Source: Torpedo marmorata
Taxonomy: Eukaryota
Direction of reading: 5' to 3'
DNA length: 64,000 bases
Assembly: GCA_977017645.1 (NCBI GenBank)
Contig: OZ360220.1
Span: 214,644,001 to 214,708,000, forward strand
A program made the translations under genes and the position numbers. Numbering within the stretch: position 1 is the first letter of the stretch; each line of letters begins with the position of its first letter. The notes under the pieces were generated by a model. It made no database searches and was not told the origin of the DNA. It saw only the letters and a program-made list of their open reading frames with translations. Below are positions 1 through 11,023 of the stretch, piece by piece.

Positions 1-1262
1 GCACTACTGCCCATTCTTCATTGGCAGGAACATCACATGGTCTCCACTTTCTCATCAACACCCCATCTTTTTCATAATAACCCACTGGCACCTTTTTAAT
101 CTCCTCTTCAGAGAGAACCTTATCCCTCACCTCAGCAAGATCAGGATCGTCCTTTTGCCTTGCTATTAGCTCCTGTCGGGATAGTGACAAATCTGTGCCT
201 TTAGGTGTCTTCTCAGTGGATGGGTGTAACATAGGAGGTTGCTCAACCTTTTCCAGGTTTTCTTGATTATCACTGTCTTTTTCTTTCACCAAGTTATTTT
301 CCACTGCCTTCTCTACAGTGACATTTTTTTTAGACATGGCCCTGGTTATGGCACATGCCGGATAAATATCAGAGTCTTTCTCTGACTTATCAATGACTGG
401 CTTAGTGGTCATTCGCACTGCAGGAACTACTTTACCTTTAGCCAAGTCATTGCCTAGCAACAGTGAGACTCCTTCTACTGGCAACTCTGATCTCACTCCT
501 ATTATAACAGGTCCTTCCACCAAGTCTGAGTCCAACACTATTTTGTGCAAAGGAATGGACTCAACATCACCCCCAATTCCTTTAATTAAATTTATGTCAC
601 CAGTGTCAGGAGCTTCACAAAATTCCAAGACACTATCTAACACAAGTGACTGAGCAGCTCCAGTATCTCGCAAGATTTTCACTGGCACTTGTTTTGATCC
701 TGCCTTAACTGAAACAAAAACATCAGCCACAAAAGGTTTAAATACATCTTTAACTTTGTCAGTAAATTTATCTCCTTCCTGGGTGTTATGCCTCTTCTCA
801 CTCTGAATACAAGCATGAGGTGTTGCATCCTTTTCTCTCTTCTTTTTCAACACTGGACAACTTGCTAGCATATGACCAGCCTTCTTACAGTAGTGGCAAA
901 TGGGACCCGAATGGTTTTCCCTTTTCCACTTTCCTTCATCCCTTTCCTTAACACCACTTCCAAATTTACTTTCCACTTGCTTCTGATTATCCACAGTGAC
1001 CTTTTGGAAAATTCTACCTGACGTCCACTTAGGCTTGTGCGTTAAAGCATATTCATCTGCTAACTTAGCTGAATTTTGCCAAGTTTTCACCTCCTTTTCA
1101 TCTAAGTATGCCTTAATATCTTCAGGAACACACCTTTTTATCTCCTCGATTATTATCAATTCTCTCAATTGATTGTAATCATTGTTTACTGCCTTAGATG
1201 TGCACCACCGGTCAAAACACACAACCTTTTCATAGGCAAACTCTGTATAAGATTGGGTTGCT
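1..1262 (-). CDS. Gypsy (Gmr1-like) gag-pro-pol, second segment: SCAN/capsid-like region, CCHC zinc knuckle, aspartic protease, start of integrase-like region; runs off the window
   Basis: Hand translation of the minus strand is open from 1262 to 1: YTEFAYEKVVCFDRWCTSK...LRELIIIEEIK...AKLADEYALTHK; knuckle CHYCKKAGHMLASC (~858-899); protease ILRDTGAAQS (~650-680); LLLGNDL; YPACAITRAM; GYYEKDGVLMRKWRP...EEWAVV. It joins the gag segment in frame once the L1 and one TSD copy are removed. Confidence 0.93.
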
Positions 1263-2512
1263 ACAAAAAGGATTAATTTCTTTAAATACACCAATATATC
1301 AGAATCCGCTTTTACCATTTTCTATGGATAATCAGTTACTTAAGTTATGGTTTTTAAAGGGAATTAAGACTTTAAAAGATTGTTTTGAAGCAGGTAGATT
1401 TATTACTTTCCAGAGGTTAAAAGAAAACTTTAATTTATTGGATAATACAATGTTAGTTTATTTTCAAGTTAAAGCTTTTTTGATTGAGAGATTAGGGAAT
1501 GAATTAACAGCACCAAGGCAAAATGAATTGGAATTATTAATTACTAAAGTCAATGTTAATAAATTTATATCACAAATGTATAAGTTGTTTCAAAGAAAGA
1601 TGTTTAAAGTAGGAGTGCATAAGTCTAGATTGAAATGGGAATTAGATTTGAATGTTAATATAGATGAAAATCATTGGAAAGATTTATGTAAATTAAGTAT
1701 GACAAAAGTCATTAATGTGAGATATAGATTAGTACAATATAATTTTTTTCATCAATTGTATTTGACACCTAAAAAATTAAAAAAATTTAATCCAGCGTTA
1801 TCAGATATGTGTTTTAGATGTAAAACTGAAATAGGATCTTTTGTACATTGTACATGGTTATGTTCAAAAATTCAAGATTTTTGGTTGAAAGTTAAGAATT
1901 TTTTAGAAAGAATTTTTAATGTTGAAATTGCAATGGATACTATGTTATTTTTATTTGGAGATATTAAAAAATTTAGTATTAGACATAGATTAAATATGTA
2001 TCAAGTAGAATTTTTACGTATAGTATTAGCAGTTTCGAAAAAATGTATAGCTATTACTTGGAAATCGGATGTTGATTTAAATTTAGAGCGATGGCATGCA
2101 GAGTTACGGTCATGTATACCATTAGAAAAAAATACTTATAATTTACGAAATAAATATCATTTCTTTTTGAAAATTTGGGGCCCATACATGAGGATTATGG
2201 GTTTAACATTGTAAATTCTCTGGATATCATATCCGCTGGCGAAATAACCTCTAAGATATATTAGTTTTTAAGCTTATTGACTCCTCACTCTATTTTTCTA
2301 TTTTTCTATCTTTTCTTTTCTTTTTTCTTTTATTATTTTATTTTATTTTAAATTTAGACTAGGGGGATATAGGGGTTAGGGAGGGGAGGGTTGGGAGGAG
2401 GGGGGAGAAAATGTAATCACATGTAATTTTTTAAGAATTATATGCAAAATTATATTATGTAATGTGTGATTTAAAAATTTAAATAAAATATTAAAAAAAA
2501 AAAAAAAAAAAA
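1263..2512 (+). mobile_element. 5'-truncated L1-clade LINE (ORF2 C-terminus, 3'UTR, poly(A)) inserted in Gypsy gag
   Basis: Open frame to 2214 with L1 C-terminal knuckle CFRC-x8-H-x4-C and ending FLKIWGPY; G-rich 3'UTR; AATAAA and A-run ~2493-2514; 14-bp TSD AAGATTGGGTTGCT at 1249-1262 and 2513-2526. Confidence 0.95.
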
Positions 2513-3344
2513 AAGATTGGGTTGCTGATCTTTTTAAATTTCTAAACTTCTGTCTATAAGCCTCTGGAACTAACTCATAAGCCTGGAGTATAGCCTTTTT
2601 CACCGTTTCATAATCAGCAGCTTGCTCCGTGGTAAGAGTAGAATAAGCTTGCTGAGCTTTTCCTTTTATTACACTTTGTAACATAAGAGACCATTGGTCT
2701 TGTGGCCATTTTAATTTCACAGCCACATTCTCAAAATGCTGGAAGTACTTATCTATTTCTGCCTCCTCAAATGGAGGAACCAACCTAACTTCTCTACTAG
2801 CCAAAAACCCCACAACTGGATGATGAATTTGATCTTGGTGCTCTTCTTGTCTCCCCTCATTTTCCAACTTGATCTTTTCCAGCATATATCTCCTATTTCT
2901 CTCATCGTTCTCGTGTCTCTTTAGTTCCAATTCCGTGTCTAATTTCTTTTGTTCCAGTTCCAATTTCTTTAATTCCCTGTCTGCCTCCAATTCTAATTTC
3001 TTTTGTTCCCTGGCTGCCTCCAATTCCAATTTCTTTTGTTCCCTGTCTGCCTCCAATTCCAATTTCCTTTGTTCCAATTCCCTGTTCTTTTGTTCCAATT
3101 CCAATTTCTTTATTTCCAACTGTATGTTTTCAGGTTTACCCTTGGGAAACTGCTCTAACACGCTCTCCTCAAACTTTTTTTCTTTTATATAGGATTTGAC
3201 AATTTTTCTCCCAATCTCTGCCTTTTTCATAGATGATTTTACTGAAGCAATGCCCAACCCTGTTGCTATAGCCACTAACTGTTCCTTTTTTGCCTTTTTT
3301 AAAGTATCAGGTTCAGGTGATTCCAAAAAATGTTCTACATCCAT
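2513..3344 (-). CDS. Gypsy gag N-terminal segment (coiled coil plus capsid-like region), interrupted by L1
   Basis: ORF-track 2376..3368; likely ATG at 3344 (MDVEHFLE). Typical vertebrate Gypsy gag motifs VRLVPPFEE..IDKYFQHFE, LKWPQDQWSLMLQSVIKGKAQQAY, YELVPEAYRQKFR. The ORF tail FFFFFFFNIL... is read-through into the antisense L1 poly(A). Confidence 0.93.
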
Positions 3345-3460
3345 TGTTGCTGGTTTATCATTACACACACACTAGCTTTTAATTAGCTTTACAAAAGCAA
3401 TGTCTTAAACCAGACTGGGATTCCTTCAATTACCAAGATGGATTTTTAATTCAAATCCAA

Positions 3461-3473
3461 GGACGAGCCCCCA
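3461..3473 (-). promoter_or_regulatory. Primer-binding site, tRNA-Pro type
   Basis: Minus strand reads TGGGGGCTCGTCC, 4 nt after the LTR end (..TAACA aaat TGG..). It matches the first 13 nt of the tRNA-Pro PBS TGGGGGCTCGTCCGGGAT. Confidence 0.88.
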
Positions 3474-3477
3474 ATTT

Positions 3478-4359
3478 TGTTACAAAATCAAACCAGCAAC
3501 GACAGAAGACGCAATGCAAAAGGGGAAAAATTGTAATTTATATTTATTAAAGACAATTAAACATATAATTTCACAACATTTAACCCCACTATAAACGTCT
3601 ATAAACACTATTCTTATCTAAAAGGTGTGTGTGTGTGTGTGTGTGTGTGTAAAACCCAGACCATTACAGTCTGTGCCCAACCCTCATGTAAAAATGGAAA
3701 AACTTTCCCCAAAAACCCCAGGTCAGTCATAAAAACAAGTCAGTCAAAAAAAATATTATATAGTCCACAAAAATTCACTCTCTAAGTTTAGGTTCCAAAT
3801 TCATCTCTGTGTGCTGGTAGAAGGACTTTTCAATGAACGTTGGAGAGAGACAATGACCGTTTATGCTTACGAATACTTGGCTTGTTTTTTCTTCTCTGAT
3901 GACTTTCCCTTTTGGTAGAGATTCACGAGGATTGCGACTCCAAATCAGTATACCACTGATTGAGGCGTGTGCTTGGATCTCACAGCTGGTCTCGCTGATC
4001 TCACGCCTGTTCTCCACAAAAGTTGCTTTAACTCAGGATTTCTCTGAGACAGGAGGCCATGTGCTATTCTCCCATCCTTTTTCCCTGGGATGCACAAGCC
4101 TGGATTTTCTGTGTTCTCTTGCCTTTGCAATTCCAAACTGCCTGCTTTTTGCAGAGGTCTGCACCTGCTTTTGAAAATGTGCAACAAAGTATCTTTTCCA
4201 CAGCCTGTCTCTCTCTGCTGCTCTCTCTCTCTCTCTCTGGGTACACCAATTCCTGGGTAAGTTAACTCTTTCAGTACCTGGTCCCAGTGTGTACTCCAAA
4301 AGACTTCATCCTTCCTGCTGACCATCCGCAGTCCAAATGGTCAGTCATGGTCCATAACA
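3478..4359 (-). mobile_element. 5' LTR of the Gypsy element (882 bp)
   Basis: Bounded by TGTTA...TAACA, adjacent to the PBS; minus-strand AATAAA at 3543-3548; internal (TG)n and (TC)n; sequence switches abruptly to L1 at 4360. Confidence 0.88.
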
Positions 4360-4770
4360 ATACTAACTCTTTTAATATCTCCAAACAAAAATATAATTGG
4401 GTCCATTGGAAATGTAATTTTTAATACTTTATCTAAAAACTTTTTAACTTTCAACCAAAAATCATAAACCTTTGGACAAAACCATGTAGAGTGTACAAAA
4501 GAACCTTCCTCTCTATTACATCTAAAACATAAGCCTGATAATGTCGCATTAAATTTCTTTAATTTTTTAGGCGTTAAATATAATTGATGAAAAAAATTAT
4601 ATTGAACTAATCTATATCTAACATTAATAATCTTCGTCATACTTAGTTTACATAATTCTTTCCAATGTTCTTCATCGATTGTTACATTCAAATCTGATTC
4701 CCATTTTAATCTTGATTTATGAATTCCTACTTTAGGGATTTTTTCCTCTGAAACAGTCTATACATATCAA
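4360..4770 (-). mobile_element. L1-clade fragment, related to 1263-2512, cut by the Gypsy insertion
   Basis: ORF 4341..4691 (HWKELCKLSMTKIINVRYRLVQYNFFHQLYLTPKKLKKFN...CFRC) closely matches the peptide of the L1 at 1263-2512; homology ends exactly at the LTR edge after LFGDIKRVSI. Confidence 0.9.
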
Positions 4771-6332
4771 AAATCTTTCTTAAAACCAAACTTTCGGAAA
4801 GCATCTTGTGGCAAAGTATCCATTTTCATCTTTGATCTGAGATTTTATGTCCCCTGTCATCTCAGTGCAGATTGTTCTAAATTGTGTAATTGTGTCTCAT
4901 ATCATGTAATTTCCCCTCATTGCCATGGTGAGCTGAAGGTCGCAGTTCAGCAACAGAGTTTTCAAGTACTCTTATAACATTATGAAGCTTCATCTAAGTA
5001 AAGAGAAGTATTGGTTATTCCTACTTGTGATGTGGCAGTGACAGGGTACCCACGCACCTGCCTCCATCGTACTTGTGCACAGGCCAAACCTCCCCTCATA
5101 ATTTTGGTAAAATGACTTCCATTTAAGGAATGTAAGCATTAAGGAATGGTAACATTTTTCAGAATATTCCAACATAATGATATATTCCTGAAATTAAATT
5201 TCTACCAACCATTTATTAAAGCCTATTATCATCTGTCACAGATAATCACTTCACTTCTTGTACCTTTTTTCTGGAGCATTCATTAAAATATCACTTCAGC
5301 CTTCCTCACAATTATGATGAAAAGGTTTATGGGGTCATAAACGTAATGACCAATTGACTGTGAAGCAGAACCTATTTTATGAGCGACCTGCAGTATGTGG
5401 AGTGCATACTGGACCCTGTGGTCACAGTAATTGTTCTTCAGACTGTAATTGTTAAGGGGTCATTTGCGTTTTTTTTTCATTGTATGAATTCAAAGGCTAT
5501 TAAAAAATCAGCTGATAAAATGAGAGGAATCCAAGTGTGTTATTTTGTTTCTGCTCTACATTAAATGGTGCTTGGTCAACCACTTGCTAGTTGTGTAAGC
5601 TGAGCATTTATTGCTCTATCACTGTGTTGCTGGTCCTTCACCTGATATTGTTTAGCTTCCAGGCCCTTGTCTCAATTGCATTCTGTGGACTGTGATGTGA
5701 AGTCCAGTTTGCCACTGGTGCTCCGAGTTGTCACCTCTTGAGTTGAAGTTCTTTGGGGAAGAATGGAAGAAAGTATCCCTGGTATTATTCCCTGAACCAA
5801 CATCACATTTTAAAGAAAGGACAGACATGGTCAACATTACATTGTAATTTGTAGAACATCCCAGTGCACAGATTGACTGCCAGAGTTGCTGCATTGCAAC
5901 ACTTGAAAAGTGAATCATTAACTGTAAATCTCTTTTGAAAATCAGAAGCTTGTTAGAAGGTGTTGTTCTGACGTGGCAAATCTAAAACATTAGAATTAAG
6001 AGTCAGGCTGTCTTTCTGCTTTCAAGGGTAGTGGAATATTAGAAATAGAAGTTGGAGTTGGCCATTTGGCCACTTGCACCTACTCCAATGATTGGGACTA
6101 ACCTTTTACCTCAGTGCCATTGCCCAACACTTGATTCCATTAATATCTAAAAATTCCCTCATCTCTACTTTGAATGTGTTCCATTACAGTGCTCCAAAAA
6201 TTCACTTGTGAAGAAATTTATTCTGATCTCAGTCCCATCCATGTTGCTGACCCCTTCCTTTGAGACATTGATCTCTGGTTTCAGACACTGCAGCTAGGGA
6301 AAATATAATTCCTGCATCGAGCCTTTCAAACA

Positions 6333-6510
6333 GGTCAGCATGGATAGCGTAGCGGTTAGCGCGACATTATTACACTGACAAGTTTGAATCCGGCACTTCT
6401 GCAAGGAGTTTGTACGTTCTCCTCGTGTCTGTGTGGGTTTCCTCTGGGTGCTCCGGTTTCCTTCCGCCCTTCAAAAAAACGTATAAGAGTTGTAGGTTAA
6501 TTATGTGTGA
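6333..6510 (+). mobile_element. HE1-like V-SINE (tRNA head plus V-domain), 3'-truncated
   Basis: A-box-like TAGCGTAGCGGTTAG, B-box-like GTTTGAATCC, V core GGAGTTTGTACGTTCTCCTCGTGTCTGTGTGGGTTTCCTCTGGGTGCTCCGGTTTCC. Confidence 0.85.
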
Positions 6511-6919
6511 TAGCCCCATCAGCCTCTTGAGCCCTGTCAGAATTTTGTAAGTTTCAATGAGATTTCCTCTCATTCTTTTGAACTCTAGACAGTACACTGC
6601 TGGTCTGCTTGATCTTACTCATTCAGCAAACACTTTCCCTGGAACCAGTCTGGTGAATATTTGCTGCACTCCCTTTATGGCAATTACATCCTTTCTTAGT
6701 TGAGGAGACCAAAAGTATACACAACACTCTAGGTGTGATCTTACCATGCCACATGTAATTGGAACAATATATTTTACTCCTGTATTCAAGTCCTCTCATA
6801 TTAAAAGCAAACATACCATTTGCCATCCTCAATATTTGTTGCATTTACATGTTAAATTTCAGTGATGTGTACAAGGGCAACTTTATATCTTTGTACATTG
6901 GATAACTTCCATCTTGATC

Positions 6920-7188
6920 TTAAATTTAATTCAATTTTTAATTTTAATTTTAGACATACAGCATGGTAACAGGCCCTTCCGGCCCATGATCCCGTGCACT
7001 CCAAATACACCAATTAACCTACAAACCCTGTACGTTTTTGAAGAGTGGGAGGAAACCAGATTTCCTGGAGGAAACCCACACAGACACGGGGAGAACGTAC
7101 AAACTTCTTGCAGACAGTGCCAGATTCGAACCTGAGTCGCTGGGGCTGTAATAGCATTGCGCTAACCGCTATGCTAACCGTGTCACCC
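6920..7188 (-). mobile_element. Full-length HE1-like V-SINE
   Basis: Reverse complement has tRNA head, V-domain, HER1-like tail GGGCCGGAAGGGCCTGTTACCATGCTGTATGTCTAAA and an AT-rich end. Confidence 0.9.
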
Positions 7189-8009
7189 AGATCATTTTGA
7201 ACATCAGCATTACCCAACCTCTCACCATTTTAAAAAAGAAACACCAAAGTGGATAACTTTATATTTTCCACATTAATTACATTTGCTATGTTCTTGCCCA
7301 CTCACTTAACTTGTCTATATCCCCTTGAAGTCTCTCTACTTACTCCTCCCTACTCAGAAAATGTGGGGATATATCATTTGGTTCTTCCAGATAAATCATT
7401 AATACAGATCATAAAGAGTTGGGGCTAAGCACTGGCATCCCACAAGTCACACCTTGCCAACTTGACAAGGATCCAATAATCCTCACTCATTACCATCCAG
7501 TCAGATAATCAGTATTCAGTCCAAGTTGGTATTTACCCCAAGTCTATGTGCTTGAACTTATTGACCGCATTCTTTTGTGGGATTTTGTTGAAAGCTTTCT
7601 AAAAATCCCAATACATCATATCTACTGGTTTCCCCTTAAAGTATGCATTGCAGAAAATGTCTTTTATATTGCACATTCTGGTATTCTCAGAAAAGTTAAC
7701 ATTCCATAAATATTACTGTCCTGGTAACAATCATGAAAAGTGATTACTATCCTTGTGGTCTTCCCTCAATGTTAAGCTAGGTTTGTCTCCCAGAATGGCT
7801 ATGTTGTTTTAGTTTCCAGAGAGCTGTTGCTTCTTTATTCTGGATTTGACTCATCAGGGAGATGTTTGCAGGCAGCAATTTTCTGTTGAAGATAGTCCTG
7901 GGAAGAAATAACTTACCCAGTTAATTTCTTTTGAAATGTAGTTATTGTTGTAACAGCCACATAATACACAGTAGTGCAATAATGATCAGACAACAAACTT
8001 AGCAATCAA

Positions 8010-8270
8010 AAATTAAACACTGCAGATACTAAAATTTAAATGTTTAATTAAAATGTAAATTAAATTAAATTAAATGTGAAATCAAACCGGAAAGTGTGGA
8101 AAAACTTGGTAAGTCCGGCAGCAGCTGTGGAGAGAGAAACAGAGTTAAGAGTTCAGATTAGTGATGTTTCCTCAGAACCATAAAAAGTTATAAAATTTAC
8201 ATTGTTAAACTTCCAGAGAAGAAGGAATGGGGAGGAAAAGGGGAATGTTTGTGACAGGGTGGAACACAAG
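8010..8270 (-). mobile_element. Degenerate Penelope-like terminal segment
   Basis: CTGCAGATAC...GGCAGCAGCTGTGGAGAGAGAAACAGAGTTAA is the reverse of the terminal motif seen in other Penelope ends here. Confidence 0.6.
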
Positions 8271-8273
8271 AGA

Positions 8274-9948
8274 TTAAATTGATGTACCCCCTTAGCTATG
8301 GTAGTTACTAATAATAACAAATCCTCCTCATTTAGGTTGTTTAGGGGAACTAGACAGGGATGTCCCCTTAGCCCCTTGCTATTTGATCTAGCTTTAGAGC
8401 CTCTGGCAATAGCCCTTAGAGACTCTCATGCTGCTAATATTCACTATCTAACTTTTTGGATTTTTTATTCTGATAAATTGGATCGTCCATTATGGGCAGA
8501 TTTAGAATTGAAATCTATACAGCAGTATTCAGTGGCCTCTTTATTGGGTGCCTCTCTTCCATTTAGCTTTTCCAAGATCAATAGGAATATATCTAATCTA
8601 ATACTCAAACATACATTACAAATGTGGTTCCAATTTAGGACATTTTTTAATTTAAAAAACTTTGTCTTATCTAGTGCTATCTCTCATAATTATTTTTTTT
8701 CAACCATCAATAATTGATCAATTTTTCTCTATATGGAAAATCAAAGATATTGTTTCTTTTGCAAATTTATTTAAGGAAGGTTGTTAATGTCTTTTGAACA
8801 GCTTGCAAGTAAATATGACTTACCAAGTACTCATTTTTTTAGATATTTACAGATTAGAAATTTCTTAAATATCATATTACGGGATTTTCCATTTATATAT
8901 CCACCAGATTTAGTTGATAATATTTTTCAATTGAATCCTTCTCAGAAAGGATTAATTGGAATTATATATGATAGATTATTAAAATTACATTCAGTACTTC
9001 ATGATAAGATTAAAAAGGCTTGGGAACTGGAACTTGCAAGACCCTTATCTGAGGATCTATGGAACAAGATTTTTAAATTGGTAAATACATCTTCTATATG
9101 TGCCCAACATTCATTAATCCAATTCAAAGTGGTGCATCGTGTTCACATGTCCAAAGATAAATTGGCTAGTATTTTTTCTAATATTAACCCTATTTGTGAC
9201 AGATGCAAATCTGAAATTGCTACATTAACACATATGTTTTGGTCCTGTTCATCCTTAGAAAACTATTGGAAAGAAAATTTAATATCTTTTCAACTATACT
9301 CCAGGTGGAGCTACGACCCAATCCAATAACTGCTCTTTTCGGGGTTATTGACCCAGACATAGGGAGTTTTTCTGTACCTGTTCAATGGGTTGTGGCCTTC
9401 TCTACATTGTTGGCTAGAAGAGCCATCCTATTCAAATGGAAAGACTCGAGACCTCCAATAGTGTTTCAATGGTTTTCTCATATTATATCTTGTTTAAGCT
9501 TAGAAAAAATTATATATCATGTATTTGATTCATCGGTGAAATTTGAAGATACATGGCGACCTTTTATGTCTTATTTTCATATGATGTAAGTGTTTCTAAT
9601 ATGATTAGATGTATTTACTCTTCCTTTGTTTTTTGATTTACGGTAGGAACCAAAAATTACAAAATATATATAACCTTCAGGATAAGCAGCTCAGCTGTTT
9701 TTTGTTAGTTGTTTTTTTTATTAGAGTAGGTTAGGTGGGTTTTTAAAAAATATGTATACCGGTATGATACCTTTGATGGTTTTTTTTCATTGTCACCTAT
9801 TGCAGTGGAGGGGGGATCGAATTTATACTGTTTGAAGTTTTATTTTAATATATATACATATGTGATATTGTATTTTCAATTTTGTTCCCTTTTCTTCATT
9901 GTATTATATTTCTTATAAAAATCAATACAAAAGATTGAAAAAGAAAGA
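8274..9948 (+). mobile_element. L1-clade LINE, 5'-truncated, internally deleted and frameshifted
   Basis: RT motif [18 protein letters not shown] jumps straight to C-terminal sequence; knuckle CDRC-x7-THMFWSC; LLARRAILFKWK; A-rich tail; 11-bp TSD AACACAAGAGA at 8263-8273 and 9949-9959. Confidence 0.9.
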
Positions 9949-11023
9949 AACACAAGAGAGATGACAATGGTCAGGAGAATTATTTGTCTCTTTCAGAATA
10001 ATGCTTTGGAGAATTAAACATCTAAGGGGTTAAATTGGGCATTGTTTTGCACATTAACTAGATAACTGCTGTTCCACATGGCAGCGTTTCTGTTCTTTTT
10101 GGCAAGGTTAGTGCTACCATCTGATTGCTCTCCTCCACTGTTAGGCATCAGGACTGCCTCTCCACTTCTGACAGGATGGGACTATCTCTCTGAACTGTCC
10201 CTGACGTAATGTCAGGGCAGTGGCTCCTCTGGACTGCCCCTCCATTTGTTGGGGGAGGGGGGTGTTGATTTCTGATGGTCTCTAGATCTCCTGACAGGGA
10301 GTGGAGCATTGGATGGATGGGGAAGAGTTGGTGCTGTGCTAGTGAAGGTACTGTGATTTAACTGCCTCTAGATCTTCGAGTGCTGGCGTGAGTGGCAGAT
10401 AAGGCATGCTCTGTAAGCAGGCTATATCAGTACTTTTTTTCTCTCCTCAATTTCTTCTGGTTTACCAGTGCCAAGACCAAATCAATGGGAATAATCTTGT
10501 GAGGGAAAATGGTGTCATTTCAGGGTGAAAGGAGAGCTGCTCCCTGTTGATGTGAATTTTGTTCTGGGTTACATCTTAATAGTGTTATTTGTTGAATTAA
10601 TTCAAGAAAGGCATAATTGTAACATGCTCAGTCACTGAAGTCCTGGTGTAAATTTCCATAAAATTTAAATGAGGTGTTTCCTGTAATTAACGAACATTTG
10701 CTGCTGCTCTCTGCTCTGAATTGTAATTAACTGTGATTACGCATGTTTAGTGATGACAGTGTTCCTATAATGGTTTGACAAGCTGGCGAGATTATGTCAG
10801 GTTACAAAACAACGTAGAGCACAAGGCTGAGGTGTCAGGCTGGTTAGATCAGGAAACTGGGACACAGCGGTACACAAGTGATTTGCATGGATGACTGCAG
10901 AGACTGAATGTCTTTATCGCTGCCTTTTGTTATTCTAACATGATCACATTTTGAATATATCCCTTGCATTCCCACATAATATTACATAACATATTAAATA
11001 ACCATTCAGCCCATCATACCTGT

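Larger units (their letters stand above)
6040..7640 (-). mobile_element. Degenerate CR1/HER1-like LINE 3' region, interrupted by two V-SINEs
   Basis: Minus-strand peptides RMRGNLIETYKIL and ANGMFAF..RGLEYRS; RT remnants near 7200-7620. Confidence 0.75.

Noticed and set aside
1198-2214. 338-aa ORF as a standalone gene
   Set aside because: The first ~21 codons are antisense Gypsy sequence fused by chance to a truncated L1 ORF2.
10560-10960. Homeodomain-site enhancer (repeated TAATTA)
   Set aside because: Motifs are short and common in AT-rich DNA; cannot be supported without conservation data.
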